64,000 bases of DNA from a bacterium (GCA_963692865.2 OY843592.1:2048001-2112000); one strand, 5' to 3'. Counted from the first letter of the stretch, positions 10,460 through 21,330 are shown. A program made the numbers and translations. The notes: generated by a model not told the origin, from the sequence alone.

Positions 10460-11843
10460 GAGTTACGTTCAGAAGTTGTGTATGGGCTGAATTGAAGAAG
10501 GCGGCGCATCCTGCTGAAATAGGGTTTGCTAAATAGCCCGGTCATTCAGCACAAGGAGATGCGCCACCATGAGAGAAGATACGACGCTACCCTTTCGGAG
10601 TCCAGCGTTGCGCGACGAGTTGAGCGAACTGGTTCGCGCGGGCGCGCAGCGAATCATCCGCCAGGCGGTGGAGGCGGAGTTGGCGGCCTTTCTGGAAGAA
10701 CACGCCGATCACGACGCGCGGGGCCACCGCGCGGTGGTGCGCAACGGCTACCTGCCGTCGCGGGAGGTATTGACGGGAGTGGGTCCGGTGCGCGTCCGGG
10801 TTCCGCGGACGCGCGACAGGTCGGGTACGGGGCGGCGTTTCCGCTCGGAGCTTTTGCCGCCGTATCTGCGCAAGACGAGGCGCGTGGAGGCGGTGATACC
10901 GTGGCTGTACCTGAAGGGGGTATCGACGAACGACTTCGGCGAGGCGCTCACGGCGCTGTTCGGCGCGTCGGTGGGGGGTTTGTCCCCGGCGAGCGTTTCG
11001 CGGCTCAAGGAGGGTTGGGAGCGCGAGTACGCCGCGTGGCGCGAGCGGGACTGGGGTGTCGAGGAGTTCGTGTATCTGTGGGTGGACGGCATCTACATGA
11101 ACGTGCGCAGCGGGGAGCGGCGTTGTCTTCTGGTGGTCGTGGGCTGCGATGCGCGCGGCCGCAAGCGCTTCGTGGCCCTGGAACCGGGCTTCCGGGAATC
11201 GAAGGAGAGCTGGAAGGCGGTTTTGTTGCGCCTGCGGGAGCGGGGGGTGAAGGCGGCGAAGCCGGCGGTGGGCGACGGGGGGCTGGGATTCTGGTCGGCC
11301 CTGGCCGAGGTGTACCCCGAGACCCGGGCGCAGCGCTGCTGGGTTCACAAGACGGCGAACGTTCTCGACAAGCTGCCCAAAAGCGTTCAGAGCGAAGCGA
11401 GGCCGATGTTGTACGAGATGTGGGGGGCCGACACCCGCGCGCGGGCAGAGAGCGCGCTCGCACGCTTCTGCGCCACCTGGGAGGCGAAGTACCCCAAGGC
11501 CGTCGATTGCCTGGCGCGGGACCGAGAGGAGTTGTTCGCCTTCTACGACTTCCCGGCGTCGCACTGGCGGAGCATTCGGACGACGAACCCCATCGAGGCG
11601 ACCTTCGCCACCATCCGGCTGCGCACGGCGAAGACGCGGAACTGCCTGAGCGAGAAGTCGGCGCTGAGCCTCGCGCATCAACTCGCCATGAGCGCCGAGA
11701 AAAGGTGGGGGCGGCTGGGCGGCGTGCGTCATCTGGCGAATGTGGTCACCGACGTGAGGTTCGTCGATGGGGTGAGCGAAAAAGAAACCGGCAGGGAGGC
11801 CGCCGGACTCAGGACGGCCATACACAACATTTGACAGTAACTC
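10460..11843 (+). mobile_element. IS256-family insertion sequence, complete
   Basis: 26-bp IRs GAGTTACGTTCAGAAGTTGTGTATGG / GAGTTACTGTCAAATGTTGTGTATGG (22/26); 9-bp direct repeat GGCTCTCTT at 10451-10459 and 11844-11852. Confidence 0.95.
10569..11834 (+). CDS. IS256-family DDE transposase
   Basis: RNGY, YLKGVST, WVDG, GDG, QRCWVHK, TTNPIE motifs. Confidence 0.95.
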   Translation: MREDTTLPFRSPALRDELSELVRAGAQRIIRQAVEAELAAFLEEHADHDARGHRAVVRNGYLPSREVLTGVGPVRVRVPRTRDRSGTGRRFRSELLPPYLRKTRRVEAVIPWLYLKGVSTNDFGEALTALFGASVGGLSPASVSRLKEGWEREYAAWRERDWGVEEFVYLWVDGIYMNVRSGERRCLLVVVGCDARGRKRFVALEPGFRESKESWKAVLLRLRERGVKAAKPAVGDGGLGFWSALAEVYPETRAQRCWVHKTANVLDKLPKSVQSEARPMLYEMWGADTRARAESALARFCATWEAKYPKAVDCLARDREELFAFYDFPASHWRSIRTTNPIEATFATIRLRTAKTRNCLSEKSALSLAHQLAMSAEKRWGRLGGVRHLANVVTDVRFVDGVSEKETGREAAGLRTAIHNI

Positions 11844-11947
11844 GGCTCTCTTTGTCAGGGGGCAACAGCGATGCCCTTCGACGAGGACTTTTTCAACAAC
11901 CCCTCATCAGTCGAGATTTTCCTCGGCGGGGGGTTGAAATGCCGCTT

Positions 11948-11994
11948 GTAGGGACAGGCCCCCGCGCGTGTCCAAGGTCGCGACCTGTCCCTAC
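11948..11994. repeat. GTAG-type REP-like palindrome
   Basis: GTAGGGACAGGCCCCCG(C/T)G..TGTCC; related copies at 15091, 22984 and 49990. Confidence 0.8.
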
Positions 11995-12010
11995 GGAGAG
12001 AGTCCTCCGC

Positions 12011-12595
12011 TCACGCCTTCCAGGCTTCCGGCGGGGCCGCCGCGTCGCGCGGGTGGCCGTCTCGCGAGAGGCGATCCCGGAACCACTCCTCGTTCACCCG
12101 GTTCGTGTAGGGGTCCATGACGGCCATGTCGCAGAATATCTCGATGCAGTTGCCCGAGGGGTCCGCGATGTAGAGCGCGTGGTTCTCGCCCCAGAAGCCG
12201 TCGCCCTCGGGGTGCGTGGGGCTATGGATGGAGGGCCCCCAGAAAATTTCGATATCTTTTTCTTCCAGCCAGGACGCCCATTCCGCGAGTTGCGTCCGGT
12301 CTTCCACCTCGAACGCGATGTGGTGCAGGCCCGTCTGCAGGGAGAAGAAGGAGCGCTCCTCGGGCGGAGCGGGGCCTTCGCCCTCGGGCCAGAAGATGAG
12401 GTTCATGTCGTGGTGAAGCTCCGTGCACCGCATGAAGCAGAGCCCGAAGGGGAAATCGCCCACCGTGCCCGGCTCGAATATCTCCGAGATGGTGAAGCCC
12501 AGCGTGTTCACGTAAAAATCCTTGGCCGCCTCGATGTCGTGCACCTTGACGGCGGCGTGTTGGAGCCGCGTGAAGCCCCCGGATGGTCTCGGCAT
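12011..12595 (-). CDS. VOC family protein (extradiol dioxygenase-like)
   Basis: LQHAAVKV, HHDM, GLHHIAFEV, YIADPSGNCIE. Confidence 0.88.
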   Translation of the reverse strand: MPRPSGGFTRLQHAAVKVHDIEAAKDFYVNTLGFTISEIFEPGTVGDFPFGLCFMRCTELHHDMNLIFWPEGEGPAPPEERSFFSLQTGLHHIAFEVEDRTQLAEWASWLEEKDIEIFWGPSIHSPTHPEGDGFWGENHALYIADPSGNCIEIFCDMAVMDPYTNRVNEEWFRDRLSRDGHPRDAAAPPEAWKA

Positions 12596-12631
12596 GTGAA
12601 TTTCTCCTCCGTTCCTGTGAGTCGATGATAA

Positions 12632-13765
12632 TCAGTCGATGCAGGCCCATGAATCCCTGCCCAGGTCCCCCAGGCCCTCGCAGCCGTCCTCGGTGACGGC
12701 GACGGCGTCTTCAATCTTCACGTGGCCGACTTGCGCGTGGCGGATGTCGCACTCCACCGACACCACCATGCCCGCCTCTAAAGCGCGCTCCACATCGGGG
12801 CCGAAGCGCGGGAGTTCCTGTTGCACCATGCCGATGCCGTGCGCCTCGAAAACGCCTAAATCGGCGAAGCCCGTATCCGCGAACGCCTGGTGCCCCCGCT
12901 CGTGAACGGAGGCGCAGCTCGCCCCGGCGCGAATGGCGTCCCGGCAGGCGTCTACCGAGTGGAGACAGGCTTTATGCAATTCCTCGGCCAGGGCGGAGGG
13001 TTCGCCGCGCACCCCCATCCGGCAGATGTCGGACATGTAGCCCGCCTCGGAGCCGCCCGCGTCGATGTGGAGTATTTCTCCTCGCTCCCATATTTTATCG
13101 GACGGCTCGCGCCGCATGCCCGGCCCCGCCGCGGTGAAGGCGTAGTGGAAATGAAGGCCGCGCCGCACCATTTCCTCCTCCACCCTTCGCTCGATCCGCC
13201 GGGTCGTTACGCCGCGCGCGCCCTCCTGGAAGCCGGCCTGTATGGCTTCAGAATCCGCAAGCGCCGCGCGCCGGAATATCTCCAGTTCGTCCTCCCGCTT
13301 CACGGCGCGTAGTTCTTCCAGGATGGAGAGGGAATCGACGAACCGCGCGCCGGGGAGTTCGCTCTGGAGCGCCTCCATCGCGTCCACGGGCAGGAAGGCG
13401 CGCTCGACGGCGATGGTTCCTTTATCGAGGCCGCGCTTCCTGACGGCCTCGGCGGCCGTTTCCGCAGCGCCGACGGTTCCCCGCGCCTTCGTGTAGATGA
13501 CGTCGGGTATCCAGGTGTCCACCTCGTTTCGGGGCGACGCCTCGACGCGCCAAGCCACCTGAAAGGCGTTTTCGGGGTTTTCCCGCGGGATCCCCGCGAA
13601 GGGGAGGTACTGGCTCGGCCCGATGGCGGCCACCCGCTCGCGGAAGTGGAAGTAGTAGCCGCCCGTCAGGTAGCGGACGTTGTGGGGCGTGTGCGCGAGT
13701 ATGAGGTCGACGCCCGCCTCTTCCATCAGGCGCGCGAGTTTTTCCTCGTCGTACAGGGGCCGCAT
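12632..13765 (-). CDS. M24 family (Xaa-Pro peptidase/creatinase-like) hydrolase
   Basis: LRAVK..DE, HIDAGG, YMSDICR, HGIG, KIED. Confidence 0.9.
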   Translation of the reverse strand: MRPLYDEEKLARLMEEAGVDLILAHTPHNVRYLTGGYYFHFRERVAAIGPSQYLPFAGIPRENPENAFQVAWRVEASPRNEVDTWIPDVIYTKARGTVGAAETAAEAVRKRGLDKGTIAVERAFLPVDAMEALQSELPGARFVDSLSILEELRAVKREDELEIFRRAALADSEAIQAGFQEGARGVTTRRIERRVEEEMVRRGLHFHYAFTAAGPGMRREPSDKIWERGEILHIDAGGSEAGYMSDICRMGVRGEPSALAEELHKACLHSVDACRDAIRAGASCASVHERGHQAFADTGFADLGVFEAHGIGMVQQELPRFGPDVERALEAGMVVSVECDIRHAQVGHVKIEDAVAVTEDGCEGLGDLGRDSWACID

Positions 13766-14895
13766 CAGTCGACGACCACCCAGTCCTCACGCCCCAGGTC
13801 GCCCAGGGGCTCGTAGCCGTCCGACGTCACCGCCACGGCGTCCTCGACCTTCACGTAGCCCACCTCGGGGTGGCGGATGTCGGTCTCGATGGACACCACC
13901 ATGCCTTCTTCGAGCGCTCTCTCCACGCCGGGGCCGAAATAGGGCTGTTCGTGCGAGACCATGCCGATGCCGTGGATGATGAAGTTGCCGTACGCGCCGT
14001 GCTCGGTGTTCTTGAGATACGCCGCGCCCTTCTCGTATATGTCGCCGCACACCGCGCCCGGACGAATCTCCGCGCGCACGTAGTCCTGCGTTCCCAGGCA
14101 CGCCTTGTAGAGCTCGTCCGCCAGCGGCGTGGGCTCGCCGCGCACGCCCATGCGGCAGATGTCCGTCAGGTAGTCGGATTCCGAGCCGCCGGCGTCCAGG
14201 TGCAGCACCTCTCCTTTTTCCCACACCTTCTCGGAGGGGGCGCGCAGCATGCCCGGCCCCGCGCAGGCGAAGACCCACAGGAAGTGCAGGCCCCTGTCCG
14301 TCATGCCGCGCTCCACGGCGTGGGCGACGTCGCGCGTCGTGGCGCCGGGCGCCGCCGTCTCGAACGCCTCGCGGATGGCTTCCGCGTCCGCCTGGGAGAT
14401 GCGTCGGTAGATATCGATCTCCTCGGGCGTCTTGATGGCGCGAAGCTCCTCCAGGATCGGCAGCGCCTCCGTGAACGCCGCGTTCGGCAGCGCGCGCATG
14501 AGCGCGTCCTTGGCGGAGGAGGGGAGAAAGTTCTCCTCCACGGCGATGGTCCCGCCCCCCAGCCCGCGTTCCGCGATGGCGTCCGCGGCGTCCGCGGCGG
14601 CTTGCGCCGGCGTCCTCTGCGAGGGGATGAGTTCGGGTATCCAGAGGTTCTGGTCCTGCGCCTGGCCGAGTTCGCCGCTCCCGCCGATCAGGAACGCCTT
14701 CCCGGCGTCGCCGCGCGGGATGCCCGCCAGCGCCATGTACTGGCCGCGCCCCATGGACGTGAACCTCTCGTGAAAATGGAAGTAGTAGCCGCCGCACAAG
14801 TAACGCACGTTCTCGCGCGAGTTCGCGAGAACGAGGTCGACGCCCGCGTCCTGCATGAGGCGGTCCAGTTTTTCACCGTCATAGGGTGGCTGCAT
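13765..14895 (-). CDS. M24 family hydrolase (tandem paralog)
   Basis: LRAIKTPEE, HLDAGG, YLTDICR, HGIGMVSHE, KVED; start MQPPYD after RBS GGAGGA; TGATG overlap with the next gene. Confidence 0.9.
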   Translation of the reverse strand: MQPPYDGEKLDRLMQDAGVDLVLANSRENVRYLCGGYYFHFHERFTSMGRGQYMALAGIPRGDAGKAFLIGGSGELGQAQDQNLWIPELIPSQRTPAQAAADAADAIAERGLGGGTIAVEENFLPSSAKDALMRALPNAAFTEALPILEELRAIKTPEEIDIYRRISQADAEAIREAFETAAPGATTRDVAHAVERGMTDRGLHFLWVFACAGPGMLRAPSEKVWEKGEVLHLDAGGSESDYLTDICRMGVRGEPTPLADELYKACLGTQDYVRAEIRPGAVCGDIYEKGAAYLKNTEHGAYGNFIIHGIGMVSHEQPYFGPGVERALEEGMVVSIETDIRHPEVGYVKVEDAVAVTSDGYEPLGDLGREDWVVVD

Positions 14896-15027
14896 GGAAA
14901 ATCCTCCAATCCTTGTTCGCCCGGAGGCATCTGAAACAGTGGTTTGTCGTATCGCTTCATCCTCGCCCAGAACAGGGCGAGGGTCAATCCGAAACCCCGT
15001 GAAATCGAACGCCGCGCCGCCCGGTTC

Positions 15028-15595
15028 GGGGTTTTTGAAAAGGCCCTGATTTCGTGATTCGGCGAATGGAGCCAACCTGAGAGGGGGTTTGTAGGGACAG
15101 GCCCCCGTGCCTGTCCGAGATCGTGACCTGTCCGATGCCCCCGCGCCTGTCCCTGCGAAGCCAACCACGGGGATGGACATATCCGATACGGGCGGCCACG
15201 GAGGGTAGGGCGGCCCTAGGTCGAACTCCCCTCTTCGGGAAGTTCGACGCCCTGCTACGGGTGAATGCGGTTTTGATCGTCATTCCGGCGAAAGCCGGAA
15301 TCCATTTTTACGCCTTTTGCCTTTCGTCAGGATTCCCGCGCATCGGCGGGGAGTGAAACGCCGTCGTTCATTCACACGCATCCGCAAATGGATTCCGGCT
15401 TTCGCCGGAATGACGGCGGTGGTCAATTCCGAGCGAGGAGGGGGATGTTTGTAGGTAGCGCTCCCAAGAAGGGAGCGCTACAAATATGCGGCCCATGACG
15501 GGTGGCGAAAAAGGCCGGGTCGCATATATGTCGGACATATATGTCCGACATACACACAAACAATTTTTTTCTCTTCCGAGTTTTTCAACAACCCC
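15028..15595. mobile_element. MITE-like element carrying several REP families
   Basis: GGGGTTTTTGAAAAGG ... GAGTTTTTCAACAACCCC; GTAG and CGTC palindromes inside; no clear direct repeat. Confidence 0.7.
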
Positions 15596-15609
15596 GAATC
15601 ATAGCGATT

Positions 15610-16632
15610 TCAAGCGGTTAGGCCGAGTTCTTTTTTCTTCGCCTCCACGTCGATTCCGAAGAGCCGGGCCTGGTTCTCGCCCAGAATGTTTCGCTTGTCC
15701 TGCTCCGTGATGGGAGGATAGCCGTATCGTTCCTGGAGTTCCTCGTCGATCTCCATCTCCCAGAACCACTCGATCATCGGCTGGGGATTGCCGAGCAGGG
15801 GCGCTTCCGAACCCCAGAGGATTCTGTCGGAGCCCACGTCCCGAAGCAGCCTGCCCATGTATTCCTTGAACTGCCAGGGCGCGATGAGGGGCAGGTGCAT
15901 CGTGCCCGAGAGGACGAGCGCGACGTTCTCGAAGCGTGCGGCGATGTATACGCATTCCTCGAAGTAGGGGAGCGCGAGGTGGTGGATGGCGAAGGTGAGG
16001 TCGGGGAAATCCATCGCCGCCTGCTGGATGTCGAGCGGGGTCAGGTCTTCGAGCCGCGCGCGCGTGATGGGAAAGCCCTTGTGGTACTGGAACACGTTGA
16101 TTCCCAGCTCGCGTCCTCGCTCGTATATGGGATAGGCGAGTTCGGGGTCGTCGCATCGCCAGGAATTCCCGTCGATGTGGGCGTTGTAGAATTTCACCGA
16201 GCGCGCGCCCATTTCCGTGACCTGGCGCTCCAGTTCCTCGAGCGCGCCCTGCACGCTCGGATACTTGGGGTCCACCCCGCCGCAGAACAGGACGCGATCC
16301 GGATTCGCGCATGCGAATTCGTATTGCGCCTGAATGGGGGAGAAGCCCTCCTTGTAGACGTCGTAGAGCACGACGGCCTGCGCCATCGCCATGTCGGTCC
16401 CGGAATCCTCGAAGACCAGCTTGCCGAGCTCGCGCGAAGTCCACTTTTTGGCGAACCCGCCGATGGGGTCTCCGCCCGCGTAGAGGTCCTCCTGGCCCCC
16501 GGGGCGTCTTCCCTTGCCGATGCGCAGGTGCCAGAGGCGATCGAGGCCGCTGTCCGGGCGGGCGAGGTTCTCGTCCGACAGGTCGTACATGTGCACCACG
16601 TTGTCGAATACGAAGACGTCGCCGTTCAGCAT
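15610..16632 (-). CDS. amidohydrolase family (Amidohydro_2) protein
   Basis: DNVVH, HKG, IHH, ILWGSE, ILGENQARLFG; start MLNGDVF after AGAAGGGA. Confidence 0.88.
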   Translation of the reverse strand: MLNGDVFVFDNVVHMYDLSDENLARPDSGLDRLWHLRIGKGRRPGGQEDLYAGGDPIGGFAKKWTSRELGKLVFEDSGTDMAMAQAVVLYDVYKEGFSPIQAQYEFACANPDRVLFCGGVDPKYPSVQGALEELERQVTEMGARSVKFYNAHIDGNSWRCDDPELAYPIYERGRELGINVFQYHKGFPITRARLEDLTPLDIQQAAMDFPDLTFAIHHLALPYFEECVYIAARFENVALVLSGTMHLPLIAPWQFKEYMGRLLRDVGSDRILWGSEAPLLGNPQPMIEWFWEMEIDEELQERYGYPPITEQDKRNILGENQARLFGIDVEAKKKELGLTA

Positions 16633-16649
16633 TTGCGCATCCCTTCTAA

Positions 16650-16829
16650 GAGGTTGTTGAAAGAGCCGGATAGGAAAAATTAGTTTGTGTGTAGGTCGGA
16701 CATATATGCGACCCTGAATTTTTTCATTTTTCACCCACTACACGGGCCGCATATATGCGGCCCCTACAACAACCGCCCCTTCCCGGTTATGCGAAACACT
16801 CGTTCACTAGGGCTTCTTCAACTAGCCCC
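16650..16829. mobile_element. MITE-like element (180 bp) enclosing a REP doublet
   Basis: GAGGTTGTTGAAAGAGCC ... GGCTTCTTCAACTAGCCCC. Confidence 0.7.
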
Positions 16830-17040
16830 TCGGGTGGGTTTGCCGGTGAATCGTGCTAATTCCAAGCCTAAAATATCGCAAAAATCGCCGATAAGCCACG
16901 GGGTGGAGCAGGCTCCGATCCAAAAAAGAGGATTTTCCCGAATGCGGTTGACCATGCGCGCATGAATCTATACATTGCCACCCGGTTAGACGAATCAACC
17001 CTCTTGACATTGAGATTATTTGCTTTTGGGGGAGCAATTG

Positions 17041-17718
17041 ATGGGCCGGTTTGCGAAAGTCCTGCAATCATCGGTCGGCGCCAAGGTCGCCATGGCCGTC
17101 ACCGGGATTCTGTTGGTCCTGTTCATCATCGCCCACATGCTCGGCAACCTCCTGATGTTCGCAGGCCCCGAGGCGACGAACGCCTACGCCAAGGGCTTGA
17201 AGGACCTGGGCGCCTTGCTGTGGGTCGCGCGAATCGGCCTGCTGGTCGTGTTCCTGGTGCACATCGGCTCGGCGCTGCGTCTTTGGCGCATGAACCGCGC
17301 GGCCCGGCCGCAGGCCTACGCCGTCTCCGAATCCACGATGGTCACCTACGCGGGCCGCTCCATCGTGCTGACGGGCGCCCTGGTGCTGGCCTTCGCGGCG
17401 TATCACCTGCTTCATTTCACCCTGTTCGCCACGAACCCCGAATTCGCCGGGTTGCACGACGCGCAGGGCCGTCACGACGTGTACCGCATGGTGATTCTGG
17501 GATTCGGGAACACCGCGGTGTCGGGCGTGTATCTGGTTTCGATGATTCTTCTGGGGCTTCACCTGAGCCACGGCGTGACGAGCCTGTTCCAGTCGCTCGG
17601 GATCAACAATCCCTCTTACAACCCTTTGATCAAACGGCTGGGCCCCTGGAGCGGCGTCCTCGTAGCAATCGGCTTCATGGCGATTCCGCTGGCCGTCTTG
17701 GCGGGCGTGTTGAAATAG
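17041..17718 (+). CDS. sdhC: succinate dehydrogenase/fumarate reductase cytochrome b subunit
   Basis: 5 TM segments, HMLGN, HL.HG...FQSLG; upstream of the flavoprotein gene. Confidence 0.92.
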   Translation: MGRFAKVLQSSVGAKVAMAVTGILLVLFIIAHMLGNLLMFAGPEATNAYAKGLKDLGALLWVARIGLLVVFLVHIGSALRLWRMNRAARPQAYAVSESTMVTYAGRSIVLTGALVLAFAAYHLLHFTLFATNPEFAGLHDAQGRHDVYRMVILGFGNTAVSGVYLVSMILLGLHLSHGVTSLFQSLGINNPSYNPLIKRLGPWSGVLVAIGFMAIPLAVLAGVLK

Positions 17719-17742
17719 TTCTCCCCTGGTGAGGAGAAGGGT

Positions 17743-19668
17743 ATGGATACGAACGGCAGCCTGAACGGAAACGTCCCCGCAGGTCCTCTGGCGGAGAAGT
17801 GGGACAATCACCGCTTCAACATGAAGCTCGTGAACCCGGCCAACAGACGCCGCTACAAGGTGATCGTGGTGGGTTCGGGGCTGGCCGGAGGGGGCGCCGC
17901 GGCCACGCTGGGCGAGTTGGGCTACAACGTGGATTGCTTCTGTTATCAGGACAGCCCCCGGCGTGCGCACTCCATCGCGGCCCAGGGCGGGATCAACGCC
18001 GCCAAGAACTACCAGAACGACGGCGACAGCACCTACCGGCTCTTCTACGACACCATCAAGGGGGGTGATTTCCGCTCCCGCGAGTCGAACGTGTACCGGC
18101 TGGCGCAGGTGAGCGCGAACATCATCGACCAGTGCGTCGCCATGGGCGTGCCCTTCGCGCGCGAGTACGGCGGCCAGCTCGCGAACCGCTCCTTCGGCGG
18201 GGCGCAGGTGTCGAGAACCTTCTACGCCAGGGGCCAGACGGGCCAGCAGCTTCTCCTGGGCGTGTATGCGGCCCTGAGCCGGCAGATAGCGGCCGGTTCG
18301 GTGAAAATGCACTCGCGCACCGAGATGCTCGAAGTCGTCCTGGTCGACGGGCAGGCGAAGGGCATCGTCACCAGAAACCTCGTGACAGGCGAGATCGAAA
18401 AACACGCGGCGGACGTGGTCATCATGGCGACGGGCGGTTACGGCCCGGTGTTCTACCTCTCCACGAACGCGATGGGGAACAACATCACCGCCTCGATACG
18501 CGCGTACATGAAGGGCGCTTATTTCGCCAACCCCTGCTACACGCAAATCCACCCCACCTGCATTCCGGTTTCGGGGGATCACCAGTCGAAACTCACGCTC
18601 ATGTCCGAATCGCTCAGAAACGACGGGCGCATCTGGGTGCCGACCAAGGAAGGCGACCCGCGCGGCCCCGCCGAGATACCCGAGGACGAGCGCGATTATT
18701 ACCTGGAGCGCATGTACCCGAGCTTCGGGAACCTGGCGCCTCGCGACATCGCCTCGCGCGCGGCGAAAAGGGCGTGCGACGAGGGGCGCGGCGTGGGCGA
18801 TACGGGTCTGGGCGTTTATCTCGACTTCACGGACGCCATCAAGCGCCTGAGTTTGCCCGTGGTGCAGCAGCGCTACGGCAACCTCTTCGACATGTACGAG
18901 AAGATCACCGGCGAGAACGCCTATCAGGTGCCCATGCGCATCTATCCGGCCATCCACTACACGATGGGCGGCCTGTGGGTCGACTACAACCTGATGAGCA
19001 ACATCCCCGGCCTGTTCGTGCTGGGAGAGTCGAATTTTTCGGATCACGGCGCGAACCGCCTGGGCGCGAGCGCCCTCATGCAGGGGCTGGCGGACGGCTA
19101 CTTCGTCGCGCCCTACACGGTGGGGAACTACCTCGCGAGCCTGACGCCGGGCGATTATTCCGCCGATTCCTCGGAATTCACGCAGGCCGCCGACGACGTG
19201 AAGGACAGGATCAGGCGCGTGCTCTCGGTCGACGGCAAGCGCACGGTCACCTCGTTCCACCGCGAACTGGGTCTCATCTGCTGGGATTACTGCGGCATGG
19301 CCCGCACCGACCAGAGCCTGACCAAGGCGCTCGACCTGATTCCCGCGCTCAAGGAGGAATTCTGGGAGAACGTCTCCGTGCCCGGAGGGGGCGACGAGTT
19401 GAACCCCGAGCTCGAAAAGGCGCTGCGCGTGGCCGATTTCCTCGAGTTTGCGGAACTCATGTGCTACGACGCGCTCATGCGGAAGGAATCCTGTGGCGGC
19501 CACTTCCGGGAGGAATACCAGACGCAGGAGGGCGAAGCCCTTCGCGACGATGAGAATTTCAGCCACGTGAGCGCGTGGGAGGCGCCGCGCAACGGCGGAC
19601 GCCCGATACTGCACAAGGAAAATCTCGAATTCGAAGAGGTTGAATTCAGCGTGAGGAGTTACAAGTAA
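17743..19668 (+). CDS. sdhA: succinate dehydrogenase/fumarate reductase flavoprotein subunit
   Basis: [42 protein letters not shown]. Confidence 0.96.
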   Translation: MDTNGSLNGNVPAGPLAEKWDNHRFNMKLVNPANRRRYKVIVVGSGLAGGGAAATLGELGYNVDCFCYQDSPRRAHSIAAQGGINAAKNYQNDGDSTYRLFYDTIKGGDFRSRESNVYRLAQVSANIIDQCVAMGVPFAREYGGQLANRSFGGAQVSRTFYARGQTGQQLLLGVYAALSRQIAAGSVKMHSRTEMLEVVLVDGQAKGIVTRNLVTGEIEKHAADVVIMATGGYGPVFYLSTNAMGNNITASIRAYMKGAYFANPCYTQIHPTCIPVSGDHQSKLTLMSESLRNDGRIWVPTKEGDPRGPAEIPEDERDYYLERMYPSFGNLAPRDIASRAAKRACDEGRGVGDTGLGVYLDFTDAIKRLSLPVVQQRYGNLFDMYEKITGENAYQVPMRIYPAIHYTMGGLWVDYNLMSNIPGLFVLGESNFSDHGANRLGASALMQGLADGYFVAPYTVGNYLASLTPGDYSADSSEFTQAADDVKDRIRRVLSVDGKRTVTSFHRELGLICWDYCGMARTDQSLTKALDLIPALKEEFWENVSVPGGGDELNPELEKALRVADFLEFAELMCYDALMRKESCGGHFREEYQTQEGEALRDDENFSHVSAWEAPRNGGRPILHKENLEFEEVEFSVRSYK

Positions 19669-20414
19669 TGGACCTCACCCTCAGGGTTTGGCGGCAAAAG
19701 GACGCTCGGTCGACGGGCAGGATCGAGACCTACCAGGTGAGTGGCATCATTCCCGACATGTCTTTCCTGGAGATGCTCGACGTGACGAACGAGCGTCTCA
19801 TCGAGGAGGGGGAGGAACCCATCGCCTTCGACCACGATTGCCGCGAGGGAATCTGCGGCATGTGCTCGCTCGTCATCAACGGGAAGGCGCACGGCGGTTT
19901 CTCCGGAACGACCACCTGCCAGCTTCACATGAGAAAATTCAGCGACGGCGACACCATCACGATCGAGCCCTGGCGGGCGAGCGCCTTCCCGATCCTACGG
20001 GACCTGGTGGTGGATCGCACCTCGTTCGACCGCATCATCCAGGTGGGCGGGTTCATCTCCGCGAACACGGGGGGCGCGCCGGACGGCAACGCGGTCCCCA
20101 TCCCCAAGCCCGACGCGGACGCGGCCATGGACGCGGCCGCCTGCATCGGCTGCGGCGCCTGCGCGGCGTCGTGCCCGAACGGCTCGGCGATGCTCTTCGT
20201 GGCGGCGAAGGTTTCCCACCTCGCGCACCTGCCCCAGGGAGTGCCCGAACGGGGGCAGAGGGTGCTCAATATGGTCGCCCGGATGGATGAGGAGGGTTTC
20301 GGCAACTGCACCAACCACGCCGAGTGCGAGGCCATGTGCCCCAAGGACATCAGCATCAGCCACATCGCCAAGATGAACCGCGAGTTCATCCGCGCGACCG
20401 TGAGGGGCGATTAA
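19668..20414 (+). CDS. sdhB: succinate dehydrogenase/fumarate reductase iron-sulfur subunit
   Basis: [34 protein letters not shown]. Confidence 0.96.
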   Translation: MDLTLRVWRQKDARSTGRIETYQVSGIIPDMSFLEMLDVTNERLIEEGEEPIAFDHDCREGICGMCSLVINGKAHGGFSGTTTCQLHMRKFSDGDTITIEPWRASAFPILRDLVVDRTSFDRIIQVGGFISANTGGAPDGNAVPIPKPDADAAMDAAACIGCGACAASCPNGSAMLFVAAKVSHLAHLPQGVPERGQRVLNMVARMDEEGFGNCTNHAECEAMCPKDISISHIAKMNREFIRATVRGD

Positions 20415-20440
20415 GCTTTACTTTTCATATACTTATAAGG

Positions 20441-20470
20441 AGGCTCCCCCGAGCGGGGAGCCTTTTTCTT
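20441..20470 (+). terminator. intrinsic terminator after sdhB
   Basis: AGGCTCCCC-CGAGC-GGGGAGCCT followed by a T tract. Confidence 0.85.
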
Positions 20471-20548
20471 GGCGGGAGAACGGTTTGAGCCGGGCAGAAG
20501 TCGGCGGAGCCGCCCGCCGAGCCGCTCGGTCCCCGCATCATCCATGCG

Positions 20549-21307
20549 TCATGCCATGGGAATCATATAGCGCCGCATGAGCCTGTGGATGGTCATGCGG
20601 AAGAGCTGGTCGGTGATGAGGCCGAACGTGCCCAGCATCAGGAAGCCGACGAACATCTCCGCGGGCGCGATGATGTTCGTGCTCTGCATGATGAGGAAGC
20701 CGATGCCCTGGTCGGCGGCCAGCATCTCCGCGGCCACGACGCCCATGAAGGAGAAGCCCAGCGCGATCCGCAGTCCGGTGAGGATGTGGGGCCAGGCCGA
20801 AGGCAGGACGACGCGCACGAAGACGTCCCCCTTGCGCGCGCCCAGGCAAAGAGCGGCCCGCACCCGAATCTGCGGGGTGGAGGCAACGCCCGCGGCGGTG
20901 TTGAACAGCACCGCGATCCCCGCGGCGTAGGAGATGATGAAATACTTTCCGATCTCGCCGATGCCGAAAATAGAGACGACCAGCGGAATGAGGGCCACCG
21001 GCGGGATGTTCCGGCAGAACTCAAGCGGCGGTTCGATGAGGTCCCGGGCCAGGCGAATCGCCCCGGTCGCCACCCCGACCACGATTCCGATAAAACACCC
21101 CAGGGCGTAGCCCAGGACGATGCGCTTCAGGCTCGCTCCGAGGTGGGCGAACAACACGGCGTTCCAGGTCATCTCGGCGAGTTTTTCGGCCACCGAGACG
21201 GGAGAGGGAACGATAGCGGCTTCGAAGAAGGTTCCGCTCGACGCCCACCAGACCCCGATGAACGCCAGGATAGAAACCGACAGCCTCGCCAGCTTTCCCG
21301 CATACAT
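20549..21307 (-). CDS. ABC permease (SsuC/TauC/NtrB-like)
   Basis: IPPVALIPL, AALCLGA..VVLPSAWP, VVAAEM; start MYAGKL. Confidence 0.9.
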   Translation of the reverse strand: MYAGKLARLSVSILAFIGVWWASSGTFFEAAIVPSPVSVAEKLAEMTWNAVLFAHLGASLKRIVLGYALGCFIGIVVGVATGAIRLARDLIEPPLEFCRNIPPVALIPLVVSIFGIGEIGKYFIISYAAGIAVLFNTAAGVASTPQIRVRAALCLGARKGDVFVRVVLPSAWPHILTGLRIALGFSFMGVVAAEMLAADQGIGFLIMQSTNIIAPAEMFVGFLMLGTFGLITDQLFRMTIHRLMRRYMIPMA

Positions 21308-21330
21308 TCGCCCCGGCCTCCCTTTCCGCC

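Larger units (their letters stand above)
10236..11903. mobile_element. composite MITE-like element containing a nested element (10293-10433) and the IS256 insertion
   Basis: Left ends at 10236 and 10293; right ends ending 10433 and 11903; outer pairing inferred. Confidence 0.6.

Noticed and set aside
10569-11834. IS256 transposase as mobiliser of the GGGGYTGTTGAAAAA elements
   Set aside because: Its IRs (GAGTTAC...) and 9-bp duplication do not match the MITE ends or their 4-6 bp flanking repeats
14896-15180. N-terminal extensions of ORFs into repeats (13765..15180, 15610..16734, 22095..23030)
   Set aside because: The extensions translate MITE/REP DNA; better starts with an RBS exist downstream
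17068-19614. Long antisense or alternative-frame ORFs (848 aa here; also 10526..12628, 24156..25721, 33762..35381, 43279..45114, 61355..62758)
   Set aside because: Shadows of real genes in high-GC DNA, with no recognisable motifs
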